Origin: Mobula hypostoma
Lineage: Eukaryota
Length of the DNA: 64,000 nucleotides
Reading direction: 5' to 3'
Assembly (NCBI RefSeq): GCF_963921235.1
Contig: NC_086097.1
Location: forward strand, 220,350,001 to 220,414,000
The translations under genes and the position numbers were made by a program. The notes beneath the pieces are model-generated. The model worked only from the letters and a program-made list of their open reading frames with translations, had not been told where the DNA came from and made no database searches. The first letter of the stretch is position 1. Each line of letters starts with the position of its first letter. Shown piece by piece: positions 45,108 to 57,900 of the stretch.

Positions 45108-48100
45108 AGGACCCCATTGGCCAGCATCGAAAAAGTACCCTTTGCAACAGTTTGGCAATCAGCAAAGGAGTTTTATTCGTGGCTGGTTTGACCTGTACTC
45201 CTGGCTGGAATATTCGATTACGAAAGATACCTCGTTCTGCTTCGCATGCAGGCATTTCCTGTGTGGAGGACATGGGTTCCATTCTAAGTCTACCTTCACT
45301 GTTGCCGGTTACCGCAACTGGCGGAAAGCTACAACAGCTTTCAAAACCCAACATGCAAGTGCAGCTGGTAAGTTTGCTATGGAGGCGTGGGCCAAATTCA
45401 GATTGAGAAAACAAGACTGTTCAAGATTGGGAAATGTGCTTGCTAAAGGACATGCAAAGATTGGCCAAGAAAATCATGAGTATGAGAGCAGTGGTTGAGT
45501 CTCTACGCTATACTGCGTGCCAAGGCATTGCCCAGCGAGGACACCAGGAGGATGATGGATCTGACAATAGGGGAAACTTTGTTGGGTTGCTCAGTGTAAT
45601 TGGACAGTTTGGTAAGACTGTAGCTAAAAAAACAATTCTGGAAATGCAGAAAACACCCATCACGATGTCCAAAATGAAATTATGGGTATTATGGCAGATA
45701 TGGTCAGACGTCAAATAAGTGCAGAAATCAAGGAGGCTGGACATTTTGCCACCATGGTGGATGAAAGTAAAGACTTGAGTAAATAGGAGCAAATATCAGT
45801 GGTGGTGTGGTATTTGAATAACAGTACTTGAAGCACTCTTACACTTCACTCCAGCAGAAGGGTTGGACGCAGAGTCGCTTCTTAAAAGCATTGAACAGAC
45901 ACTTGCCCACTGTGTTATTGATAAGAACGTGTGTATAAGTCAGTGTTATGACGGGGTGGTAGTGATGTCCGGGAGGTTACAAGAGAGGTTCAGGAAAGAG
46001 GTCCCGCAGACATTATATATACACTGCCATGCTCACAGTCTTAACCTTGTTTTAGTGGATGTTGTGAGCAATGTACAACAAGCGGGTGAGTTTTTTGAAA
46101 CTGTGCAGCTGCTTTACAACTTCTTTTCAAACTCTGTTGCTCACGATCTTTTCATGAAGAAACAGAGAGAACTGGAATCAACTGCACAGTTGAAGAAATT
46201 GTCAGGTACACATTGGGCATGGCAGTATACATCTTTGTGGGCTCTAAGGAAATCACTCCCTGCCATCCTAGCTACACTACAGGATATTATGGGTCAACCA
46301 AATGCACGGAGGAAAATGGAAGCCAGAGCTGTAAAAGGACTGATTGACAAGCAGTTTGCTTTACTTCTCACTCTGTTTGAGGATTTATTCCGAGTCACCA
46401 AGTTCATGTCAGACCAGCTACAATCTCCCAGCTTGGAGCTTTCATCCACTGTGGACTTGGCTCAGTCTGTTATCGATGCACTCTCAGCAAAACGGGGAGA
46501 GGAATCATGGGGTGAAATTCAGTCAAGAGCTAGGGACCTGTGCGTCAAGGCCGGTATACAGAGCAGACCACATGAAAGGAGACAGGCCCAGCCACCCCGC
46601 CGCCTACATGATTGTTGTTGAGGCCCAAACCGAACGCACACCTGTCACATCCTCTGATGACCTTCGCAAGCACTGTTTCTATCCGGTTATAGACAGACTT
46701 CTGACTGAAATGAAAAGACTGTTCTCAATTGAGACTGGGGGTGTTCTGACTGGAGTCTCAGCATTGAGTCCCAAACACAAGTTCTTCCTAGACAAGAATT
46801 GTCTTTGGCCAATGGCCCAATACTATGGAGTAACTGAAGTGAACCTGACTGCAGAGCTATAGCAGGTTTGGCGTCTGCTGGAAACAAAACAAAAGCAAGG
46901 ACAGACAGTGAATGACACAGTGGAATTTCTAGCTCGAATGAGACCCTACCATGATGCATTTATAGATTTATACAAACTAATTTGCATATCACTGACTCTG
47001 CCTGTGACATCTGCCTCATGCGAACAGAGTTTCTCTTGCCTCAGACACGTCAAAAACTACCTAAGGAATAGCAGCAGCGATGCTCGGAACAGCAACTTGG
47101 CCCTGTTGGCCATAAGCAGCCGGAGGACCAAAGCACTTGACATCCAGAAAATCATTGATGCTTTCACCACCAATCACAACAACAGACAGATTGTGCTTCT
47201 CTGAAAACATCAATGTTCCCTGCAAATCCTAAACTGTTACATTTACTGCTATTAAGCCTACTGGTTTTGCTTAGACTTCCAAGCAGTGATTCTGTTGATT
47301 TTTGTTTTAAGTTCAGTAGCCGAATTAATTGAGGTATTGTATGGTCAGAGTACGATTTGTCCAACTCCTGGTAAAGCCTTGCATCTGTTGTTTGCCTTAT
47401 TTGACTTAAATAACGGTGTATCTTTTGGCATTGTCTGTCTATGTAATGCGAATAGCAGTGGACATTGTGGGCTAGTGTTGTGTTTTTCAGTTGAAAAGCA
47501 CGCATTTGACGCTGATTGCGGGATTGATGCATGATTCACGTTGTGCGCTGTGGGTCGGATGCTCTGTTGGTTTGCTTGTTTATGCTCTGTGTAGCCCAGG
47601 TCATCTCCAATGCTGTTGACACTGTCACAGTTCACTTCTATATTATATTTATCGATTGCTGTTGCTTGTGAATCAACAGAGGCGTTTATAGTAGGCACAT
47701 AATGCTTGAAACTGACTTTTGAACGCCACGCATCTGGCCTTGCGAATACATATTACCATAGGGTACATCCCTCAGCACCATCACTGAATAATTCAGCCCC
47801 ACTGTAGCACCAGCAAGAAAAAATCTCTGGTGCCACCAGTGAGATAAGAGTACAATGTTCGTAAATGCAAGGTCATCCGCTTTGGAAGGAAAAATGGAAG
47901 ATCAGATTATTATTTAAATATTTAAAAATTGCAACATGCTGCTGTGCAGAGGGACTTGGGGAGTAATTGTGCATGAATCCCAAAAGATTGGTGTGCAGGT
48001 GCAGCAGGCTATCGAGAAGAAATGCTGGCCTTGCTAGAGCAATTGAATTTAAGAGCAGGGCGGTTATGCTGCAACTGTACGGGGTACTGATGAGGCCGCA

Positions 48101-48644
48101 CCTGGAGTACTATGTGCGGTTCTGGTCTCCTTACTTTAGGAAGGATATACTGGCTTTGAGTCAATGCAGAGGAGGTCCACCAGGTTGATTCTAGAGATGA
48201 GGGGGTTAGACTGTGAGAAGAGATTGAGTCGCCTGGGACTGTACTCACTGGAATTCAGAAGACTGAGAGAGGATCTTATAGAAACATATAAAATTATGAA
48301 AGGGATAGATAAGATAGAGGCAGGAAAGTTGTTTCCACTGGTAGGTGAGACTAGAACTAGGGGCCATAGCCTCAAGATTCGGCGGAGTAGATTTAGGACA
48401 GAGATGAGCTGCTTTTCCCACAGAGTGTGGAATTCTCTGTCCAATGAAGCAGTGGAGGCTACCTCAGTAAATATATTTAAGACAAGGTTGGATAGATTTT
48501 TGCATAGTAGGGGAATTAAGGGTTATGGGAAAAAGTCAGGTAGGTGGAGATGAGTCCATGGCCAGATCAGCCACGATCTTATTGAATGGTGGAGCAGGCT
48601 CGAAGGGCCAGATGACCTACTCCTGCTCCTATTTCTTATAGTTC

Positions 48645-49465
48645 TTGACCCTGAATCCACCACTTGCGCTGGCAGCTTGTACTACACTCTCATCTCCATG
48701 AATGAAGAAGCTCCCCCTCATGATCCCCTTAAACATCTCACCTTTCATCCTTAACCCATGACCTCTACCTCTAGTCTCGCCCAGCTTCAGTGGGAAAAGC
48801 CTGCTTGTATTCACCCTATCTACACACTGTATAATTTTGTATACCTCTATCAAATCTCCCCTCAGTCTTCTACATTTTAGCAATAGTCTTAACTTATTCA
48901 GCCTTTCCTTATAACTCAGGTCCGCAAGTCTTGGCAACATCCTTGTAATTTTTTTCTGCACTCTTTCAATCTTATTTACACATTTCCTGTAGGTAGATGA
49001 CCAAAACTACACATGATACTCCACATTAGACATTACCAACACCTTATACAATTTCAATATAACATCCCAACTCCTGTAATCGGCACATTGATTTATGAAG
49101 GCCAATGTGCGAAAAACTTTCTTTATGACCCGATCTACCAGTGGTGCAACTCTCAAGGAATTATAGACCTGTATTCCCAGATTGCTCTATTCTACGGCAC
49201 TCCCCAGTGCCCTACCGCTCCCTGCGCAAGTCCTACCCTGGTTGGTCCTCCCAAGCTGCAACACCTCACGCTTGCCTGCATTAACTTCCATTGCCATTTT
49301 TCAGGCCATTTCACCAGCTGTTCCAGATCCCACTGCAAGCTTTGAGAGTCTTCCTCACTGGCCATTAAACCTCCAATCGTGTTGTCATCTTGAAATTTGC
49401 TGATCCAATTTACCACATTATCATCCAGATCATTGATGTAGATGAGAAAGAACAATGGTCCCACT
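48645..49465 (-). mobile_element. Decayed CR1 RT fragment
   Basis: GPLFFLIYINDLD..ISKFQDD and RLRGDLIEVYKI peptides. Confidence 0.85.
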
Positions 49466-49469
49466 TGGT

Positions 49470-52400
49470 TCCATTGTATGTCTACATTGTTACCCTAGGT
49501 ACATCCTTAGAAAGAAGTAACAGCTGAACGGAATATGTAGAATCCTTGTCGGTAGAGTTAAGAAACTGCAAAGATAAAAAGACCCAGATGGGAGTTATAT
49601 ACAGGCCTCTGAACAGTAGCCAGGATATCGGGATACAAATTGGATGGAAAAGGCCTATAGAGTGCCTTTAAAAGGGTTCATGCCATCTCCCCCCCCCCCC
49701 GGAAGTTTTCATGTTTATTGTTTTACAACATTGAATCACAGTGGATTTAATTTAGCTTTTTTGACACTGATCAACAGAAAAAGACACTTTTGTTTCAAAG
49801 TGAAAACAGATCTCTACAAAGTGATCTAAATGATTACAAATATAAAACAAAATAATTGATTGCATAAGTATTCAGCCCCCCCCCTTAATATGACACACCA
49901 AATCAGTACTGCTGCAGCCAATTGGTTTTAGAAGTCACATAATTAAATGGAGGTTTGTTTTTGGAGACTTGTGTGCAGTCAAGATGTTTCAATTGATTGT
50001 AGTAAAAATACACCTGTATCTGGAAGTTCCAACTGCTGGTGAGTCAGTATCCTGGCAAAAACTGCATCATGATGACGAAAGAACATTCCAAACAACTCTG
50101 AAAAAGTTATTGCAAAGCACAAGTCAGGAGATGGATGCAAGAAAACTTTGAAGCCACTGAATATCCCCTGGAGGACAGTTAAGTCAATCATCAAGAAATC
50201 GAAAGAATATGGCACAGCTATAAATCTGCCTAGAGCAGGCCGTCCTCAAAAACTGAGTGTGCAAGAAGGGGACTAGTGAGGGAGACCACCAAGAGACCTA
50301 TGACAACTCTGGAGGAGCTATAAGCTTCAGTAGTTGAGATGGGAGAGACTGTGCATACAAAAACTGTTGCTGCTTTATGTGAGAGTATCAAAGAGAAAGA
50401 CACTGTTGGGGGAAAAAAAATCACAAATCTTGTCTAGAGTTTGCTAGAAGGGCTGTGGGAGACTCTGAAGTCAGCTGGAAGAAGATTCTATGGTCTGATG
50501 AAATTGAGCTTTTTGGCCACCAGACTAAACACTATGTTTGGTGTAAGCCAAATACTGCAACATCATCAAAAATACACCATCTATCACCATGAAGTATGGT
50601 GGTGGCTGCATCATGCTATGGGAATGCTTTACTGCAGCAGGCCCTGGAAGGATTGTGAAGGTGGAGGGTAAAGTGAATGCAGCAAAATGCAGGGAAATCC
50701 TGGAGGAAAACTTGATGCTGTCTACAAGAGAACAGCTACTTGGGAGAAAATTTATTTTCCAGCAAGGCAATGACCCCAAGTATAAGCCAAAGCTACACAG
50801 GACTGGCTTAAAAACAACAAGGTTAATATCTTGGAGTGGCAATTCAGAGTCCAGTCCTCAATGCAATTAAGAATTTGTGGCTGGATTTGAAATGGGCCGT
50901 TCACTCATGATCCCCATGCAATCTGACAGATTTTGAGCAGTTTTGTTAAAGAAGAATAGGGAAAATTTACAATTGTCCAAATGTGCAAAGCTAATAGAGA
51001 CCTATCCACACAGACTCAAGGCTGTAATTGCTGCCAAAGGTGCATCTACTAAATACTGACGAAGTGGGTGAGTAATTATGCAATTATTTTGTGTTTAATA
51101 ATTGTAATGCATTTAGACCAATTTGTAGATACTTTTAACACAAGTATCTTTTCTGTTGATCAATGTGAAAAAAGCTGAATTAAATCCACTGTGATTCAAT
51201 GCTGTAAAACAAGAAATCATGAAAAACTTTTGGTGGGGGGGGGTTGGGATTACATTTTGTAAAAAGGGCAATGCTACGATAGTCAAAGGGGATTTCAAAA
51301 TACAGATAGGTTGAGAAAATCAGGTTGGTACTCGATCCTAACAGAGGGAATTTGTAGTATGCCTATGAGATTTTTTTTAAGAGCAGCTAATGGTTGAGCC
51401 CACTGAGGAAAAGGCAATCTTGTGGGTGTTGTGTGATGTACCAGATTTGATTAGGGTACACAAATGTAAAAGAACCCTTGGAAGGCAGTGATCATAATAT
51501 GATAGGATTCACACTAAAGGTTGAGAGGGGGAAGATAATGTCAGTTGTATCAGTATTACAATGGAGTAAAGGGAATTACAGAGGTATGAGAGAGCAGCTG
51601 GACCAAGTTGATTGGATGGAGACACTAGCGGGGTTTACAGCAGAACAGCAATGGCTTGAGTTTCTGGGAACAAACCAGAAGGCACATGATAGATACATCC
51701 CAAAGAAGTAGGATGAGGCAACTGTGGCTGACAAGGGAAGTCAGACAGCATAAAAGCAAAAGAGAAGGCATATAATATAGCAAAAATTAGTGGCAAGTTG
51801 GAGAATTGGAACCTTTTAAAAATAACAGAAGGCAACTAAAAGAGCAATAAGGAGAAAAGATGAAACATGAAATTAAGCTGTCCAATAATATCAAAGAGGA
51901 TACCATTTTTTTTGAGACATGTGAAGAGTAAGAGGTGAGAGTGGATATCGGACTACTGGGGCATAACAATAGAGAGGTAGTAACGGTGGACAAAGAAATG
52001 GCAGACAAACTTAAAGCATTTTGTGTCAGTCTTCACTGTGGATGACACTAGCAGTTGCTAGAAATTTGACAATGTCAGGGGGAAGAAGTGAGTGTAGTTG
52101 CTATTATTAAGGAGAAGGTGCTTAGGAACCTGAAAGGACTGAAGGTAGATAAATCACCTGAACCAGTTGGGTTACATCTCGGGATTCTGAAAGAGGTAGC
52201 TGAAGAGATTGTGGAAGCATTACTAATAATCTTTCAAGAATCACTGGGCTTTGGAATGGATCTGGAGGACTGGAAAATTGCAAATGTCTCTCCACTTTTT
52301 AAGAAGGGAGGGAGGCAGACAAAAGAAAATGATAGGCCAGTTATTAGCCGAACTTCAGTGGTTGGGAAGGTGTTCAAGTCCATTATTAAGGATGAAGTTT

Positions 52401-53850
52401 TGGAGTACTTGGAGGCGCATGGTTTCCTTAAGGGGAAGTCTTGGCTGAAAAATCTGTTGGAACTAATTGAGGAAAGAACAGGCAGGAAAGACAAAGGAGA
52501 GCCAGGGGATGTTGTTTACTTTCAGAAGGCCTTTCACAAGGTGCTACACATAAGGCTACTAAGCAAGATAAAAGTTGTGGTATTACAGAAAAGGTACTAG
52601 CATGGATCGAAGATTGAATGAGTGGGAGGAGGCAAAGCATAGGAATAAAGGGTGGCTTTTCTGTTTGGATGTCAGTGACTGATGGTATTCCAATTGGGTC
52701 GGTGTTGAGGAATGTTCCCTCTAATTTTTTTTTCAGCTGCACAGACCAACCATTTTCCTGAGCAGGAAATTTTTCCATGGCCTAAAACCTGTGCAGCACT
52801 TTATTAAAACATTATATAAAAGAAAATTCCGGCTACACTGCAACAAATGCTCTATGTGCAGGAGCATTTTGGTAAGCCGCACAGCTCAGAGGGAACAGTG
52901 GTATTGGGGCCACTTCTTTTCATGTTGTATGTTAATGATTTGGATGATGGAATTGATGGCTTTGTGACCAAATTTGAGAACATCTGAACATCAGTAAAGG
53001 TGGCAGCTACAGTGGAGGATGCAGGGAATCTGCAGAAGGACGTTGACAGAGGGGAATGGGCAAAGAAGTGGCTGATGGAATACATTGTAGAGAAGTGTAT
53101 AGTTATGTGCTTTGGTAGAAAGAATAAAGGCTGAGATGGTTTTCTGCAAAGGATGAAAATTCAGAAATCAGAGGGGCAAAGGGACTTGGGAGTCTTCGTA
53201 AAGGTTAACTTGCAGGTTGAGGTGGAGGTAAGGAAGGCAAATGCAATGTTAGCATTCTATTCTAGTGGACTAGAATATAAAGTAAGGATGTAACACCGAG
53301 GCTCTTTAGGCATTGGTCAGACCACACTGGGGTATTGTGAGTAGTTTTGGGCCTGTTATCTAAAAGATGTGCTGGCATTGGAAGGATCCAGAGGAGGTTG
53401 ATGAAAATGGTACTGGGAATGAAATGGGTTAACATATGAGGACCATTTGATGGCTTGGGGCCATACTCACTGAAGTTTAGAGAATAAAGGGTGATCTCAT
53501 TGAAACCTATCGAATATTGAAAAGCCTAGATGGTGACTGTGGGGAGGATGCTTCCTATAGTGGGTGAGTCTAGGCACAGCCTCAGAATAGAGGAACGTCC
53601 CTTTAGAACAGAGATGAGGAGGAATTTCTTTAGCCAGAAGGTGTTGGATCTGTGAAATTCATTGCCATGAAGGGATGTGGAGGCTAAGTCATTGGATGTT
53701 TTTAAAGCAGAGGTTGATAGGTTCTTGATTAGGAGGGACATCAGTGGTCACAGGGAGAAGGCAAGAACATGGGATTGAGAGAATAATAAATCAAACATGA
53801 TGGAATGGTGGAGATGCGATAAGCCGACCAGTCGAATTCAGCTTCTTTGT
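49470..53850 (+). mobile_element. Decayed CR1 ORF2 interrupted by Tc1 and a small hAT-type MITE (52710-52900)
   Basis: GSDHNMI, DWKIANVSPLFKKG and FQKAFHKV peptides. MITE ends aatgttccctct / agagggaacagtg. Confidence 0.85.
49660..51258 (+). mobile_element. Near full-length (~1.6 kb) Tc1 transposon with long TIRs and a disrupted transposase, inside a CR1
   Basis: KYGGGCIMLWECF and FIFQQGNDPK peptides. ~200-bp inverted ends (ttgaatcacagtggatttaa / ttaaatccactgtgattcaa). Same family as 33765-35025. Confidence 0.9.
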
Positions 53851-54949
53851 CTTTACTTTATCTTTGCCCATCAGCAGCTTTTGCCGCTTCACAGTCCTGC
53901 AGTCTTGGTTCCTGGACCATTGACCAATGCAGATTCAGCAATTTTAGTCCTGTAAAGATGCATCTAGTTTAAAGTAAAGCTCAGGAACCCAGTCTTCCAA
54001 ATATCAGGAGCCTGCCTGAACTTGCTGGCCAGAGAGAGCATCTTGCTACTACCAGTGAGTACCTGGGCCCATTCTACTGAAGGAAGGCCAGGCACTGTAC
54101 AGGGCCACCCTCTCCCCCTGAAGGGCTTTGACAGTGGCCAGGGCCTTGCCTGCCATCTTCCTCAGGTTCACCAGCCTGAGGAAAAGCAGCAGCATTGACA
54201 TTTGATGGTGCCATCAGGCAGACCAAACCCAGCCGATAGCTTTTGTAGTTAATTTTAAATAAATCATTTACAGCGCAAGCAAGGGATTTTAATGACATGT
54301 TCACTGTAAGGACTTTTTAGCATTTTGGGCAGAAGCTCAGAGAACCACGGTAATGCTCAGAGGGCCATATTCTGTAAATGCTTTGTGCAAAACACACAGG
54401 TTGGAATTTTACAAGCACAACCCAAGCTTGACTCTGAACTCAGCTTCAATTCATTGTGCCTAAGCACAGCCTTAGAACCTTCTTGCTTTGAAGGTGGTCT
54501 TGTGGGAAGGTAGGAACAAATCTCACGGTGCTGCCTGCAGCACAGTTCCAGTACTGTAGGAGTGCCTGCAGGGGGCACTGTCTACTGCACACAGAAGTTG
54601 TACATCTAACACTGTGCTGCTTGGGGAGCTCAGAGTCACAAGACCCTACTGAATGAAAGTTAGGCATGTGTATTGTCTATCATCAGCTAAGACCAATAAT
54701 TAAAGGCTTTTGAAGGTAGGCAACCATGTGATTGAACTGGGTGTGACTAAAATCAGCAGCCACCATCACCACAGAAATTTTAGGACTACAGTACATCAAT
54801 TTTGCTTTGTGCAAGTAACACAAATGACTTGGTATGGAACTGTGTTCTAAGTTTGTATTACTTAACACAACCTAAGATTCATTTAAAAGCATTTTGCCTG
54901 TTTGTTGCAACTCCATTAAAAAAAAATGCAATAATCAAAGGAATTAAAT

Positions 54950-54987
54950 TTTATTAAACATCGCAATAACAGGATTCTTTATTTACA
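54950..54987 (-). terminator. Candidate NCOA2 polyadenylation signals
   Basis: AATAAA on the minus strand at 54978-54983 (overlapping TGTAAATA) and at 54950-54955, followed by a T-rich tract. Confidence 0.55.
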
Positions 54988-57900
54988 ACAGCATTATTTA
55001 ACATCAATTAAGCAAATGACATCAGCAAAAGCAATATTAGTTAACAACTTGCATAAATGTATTTAATCTTTTTGAATATACCTAAGTTGGCATAAAATGC
55101 TCACAATAAGAATACAAACATGGATGCCCAAAGGAAAAAAAAGTGTTTAGTGTGAACTAAAAAAAATATATCTCTGAACTTGCAATGCTGTAAGCCTTCT
55201 GCTGAAGAACCTTACTTTACATATTGCTTAGAATTTGCAATTCGCCAATATACACCACTCAGAGATTTGAGGGAGAAAAAGTTTACAAATAGTGCCCCAC
55301 TACTGACCACAAAAGGAACAAAGTAATGTATGTAAAAAAAAACTAAGCAATAATCATGGGTCCATATTGCAGTAGGCAACCATTATTTCTATTTATCTGA
55401 CAAAAAAATAATAACTGATGACACATCCAAAAATTTTACACAATTCACTATACAAACAATATAATACAACAAACAGCTGCTAGGAATATACAGGACATAA
55501 AAACATATCTAAGGCATTATGCTAATTTATAGCATTTGAGGTTCCTGCACTGTACTAAGAAATTGACAGATCTTACAAAACAAATTCAAGCTCTAAATGA
55601 AAAAGTAGACGGGGTTTGCCTATCAAATTGAAAATCCATAGAATTGTTTGTGCAGAGAATGGGTCTGCATCCAGTCAACAATCAACTGTGTAGAAATACT
55701 ATAAAATGATGTTGAATGACACCAACACACCATGGCTTAGCTGTATTTTAAAATCAACTCAGTGAAATCTTTGGATTTTGCAAACGGAGCAACACGCCCT
55801 GCTTGTCTGCAATGTTACACCACTAGAATACATTGTTCCTAACGTTAGCTTTGATTCCTTTTTCTTTTAAGTCTGTTAGAGGAAAATGTGTAAGATTGAA
55901 CATAATACAATCAGATGTTGCTTCCCAATGAAAGTAGCTCCCATGATCCACTTTCCAAGGGAGTAGACCTTTATGCATTCAGATCTAGAGGCGATATAAA
56001 TTCGGGGTACAGTGCAGAGTTTAAATGAACGTGTGAAACACACGTACCCCCCCCCCTTCCATTCAGATACTTGTGTTTAAATCTTTTGGCTCTGTAGGTA
56101 ACTACACAGTGGTTATTTGCACACTTTCAACAGTAATACACCCTGTCATAAACCATATATTTCAAATTAAAGCAGAGATATGAAATAGGGTAAATACAGA
56201 AAAGCTTGTTGGATTATTACACAATGTTCCCATAGACATAAATGCAAAGGTCTAGGCTCTAAATGCCTGCATTTCAGAATACTTTTCTATTTCACAGCAG
56301 TATTTACATAAAGCTATATCATACCAAAGCAATCTGAAACACAATGTTATTTGGACACACAGATAGAATACATTTCTTTATCAAATGAACAATCTATAGC
56401 TGAGATGTGGCAGCTTTTCCTTTCTAAAAGCAACTGTTGAGGCAAAAACAGGTCTGTATTCAGTTTGTACAGTGATCAATATGATCAGTGTGGGTTTTGG
56501 GGCCTTAAATGACAGCATGTTCCATACAGCCTGATACAAAAACACTGAGGTATCAGGACTCAGAACGTTACAGCTTGAGAGAGAAACTACATAATAAAAC
56601 ACCTGCTTCCAACCCATTCAACAAATTTTTCCCAATTTAAATCATAAATTAGACTGAGAAGCTACATGCACCAAAGTAGCAGTTTGGGGATTTGGCATGA
56701 TATTCAAACATTTTGGAAATCTAAAAGTGACTGCAGAATATCTATTAGAAGAGCCATTTAAGACACTGGCCTCAAATGCTACTGAAACAGACTTGTTAGC
56801 TACCTATCAAGGCATCATGATTCTTTTATTTACAAAATAAACAAGACACACTGCTGCTAAGGTATCTAATAATACTGTAGTACCTCACTTTAAATCAGCA
56901 GCTTAAGAATTTTACTTCATCAAAATACCACAAGTATGTAAAACATAATGCTCTCAAGTAAAATTTATTGCTTGGTTACATACATCACTCTTGTATAGCT
57001 AACAGCTTTCCAAAAGTCATCAAATCTTATTTTACAAAATACTGTACCATATGAAAATGTTATGGCTGTTTGTATTCTCTTACTTGTGGTGACTCTGAAT
57101 CTAGATCTACACAATTTAGCTTTTGGAAACTGCCACTGACTGTAGGAAATAGTAATGAAGCACTAGGTTTCTGTAGCTCACAAAAAGGTCCGCCCTCTCA
57201 GCACAATCGGACTGCAATGAACAATTTAGTTTAAAACAATAAGCTTGAACAGTCCATAATACCTTAATTTTTATAACTCACAATGCAAGCATTACTATCC
57301 CATGCAAGCTTATGCGAGTAAACTCAACTAAACACACCAGAAGCAAAGTCATGAGTGTGAAGGTGAATTTAATAGTTATAATGATCTGATCTAATATACA
57401 TAGTAGGATAGCATTGCGTTGGAACTAAACTGCATCGAATAGTCTGCCTTAATGGAACTGCTGATATTGTAGCATTTGGTATATTGTGAGAGTATGTTTC
57501 ACAATATCTGCTTAATTTTTCAAAGCCAAAAGCTTCGATTGGCTACATAATAAATGCAGAATGAAGAAGACACATACTTAAACCCCCCCCGCACCCCCCC
57601 ACACCTATCAAAGGAAACTCAACAAACCTTAAATAAACTCCAAACCTATTCAGTGGTCAATAGAATGGTTAACAAGATGAATTCTGCATTAGAGTAAAAA
57701 AAACTGTGACTTGATACCAGAACGGCAATGAATCCTGTAATACAATATTGGTTCTATACAGAAGATAGTACGCACCATTTTGTGAATTTCTTGTCAGAAG
57801 CTGATTAATTTTTTTTACGTACACGACTCTGAAATTAAACCCCTTTGTACAGTTCAGTCCCAAACCAAATGATTGTTCAGGGACAATTAAACAATTAGAA

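Larger units (their letters stand above)
43055..47841 (+). mobile_element. Full-span hAT transposon with a disrupted ZMYM1-like transposase
   Basis: TIRs cagtggtggcgc / gtgccaccagtg, TSD agatagag / agata(a)gag. Peptides WLEYS..FCFAC (TTF zinc finger), QCYDG, YIHCHAHSLNL and TLPVTSASCEQSFS (dimerisation domain), spread over frameshifted ORFs. Confidence 0.92.
40183..48640 (+). mobile_element. Near full-length decayed CR1 ORF2 hosting Penelope, solo LTR, SINE and hAT insertions
   Basis: YDLVAITETWLQ (40190), NYRPVSL (41235..41732), KFVDDAK (42887), RPHLEYYVRFWSP and tail cctactcctgctcctatttcttat are collinear across the insertions. Confidence 0.9.

Noticed and set aside
45067..47204. Domesticated ZMYM1-like host gene
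   Set aside because: Frameshifts, stops, TIRs and a TSD show it is a dead transposon.
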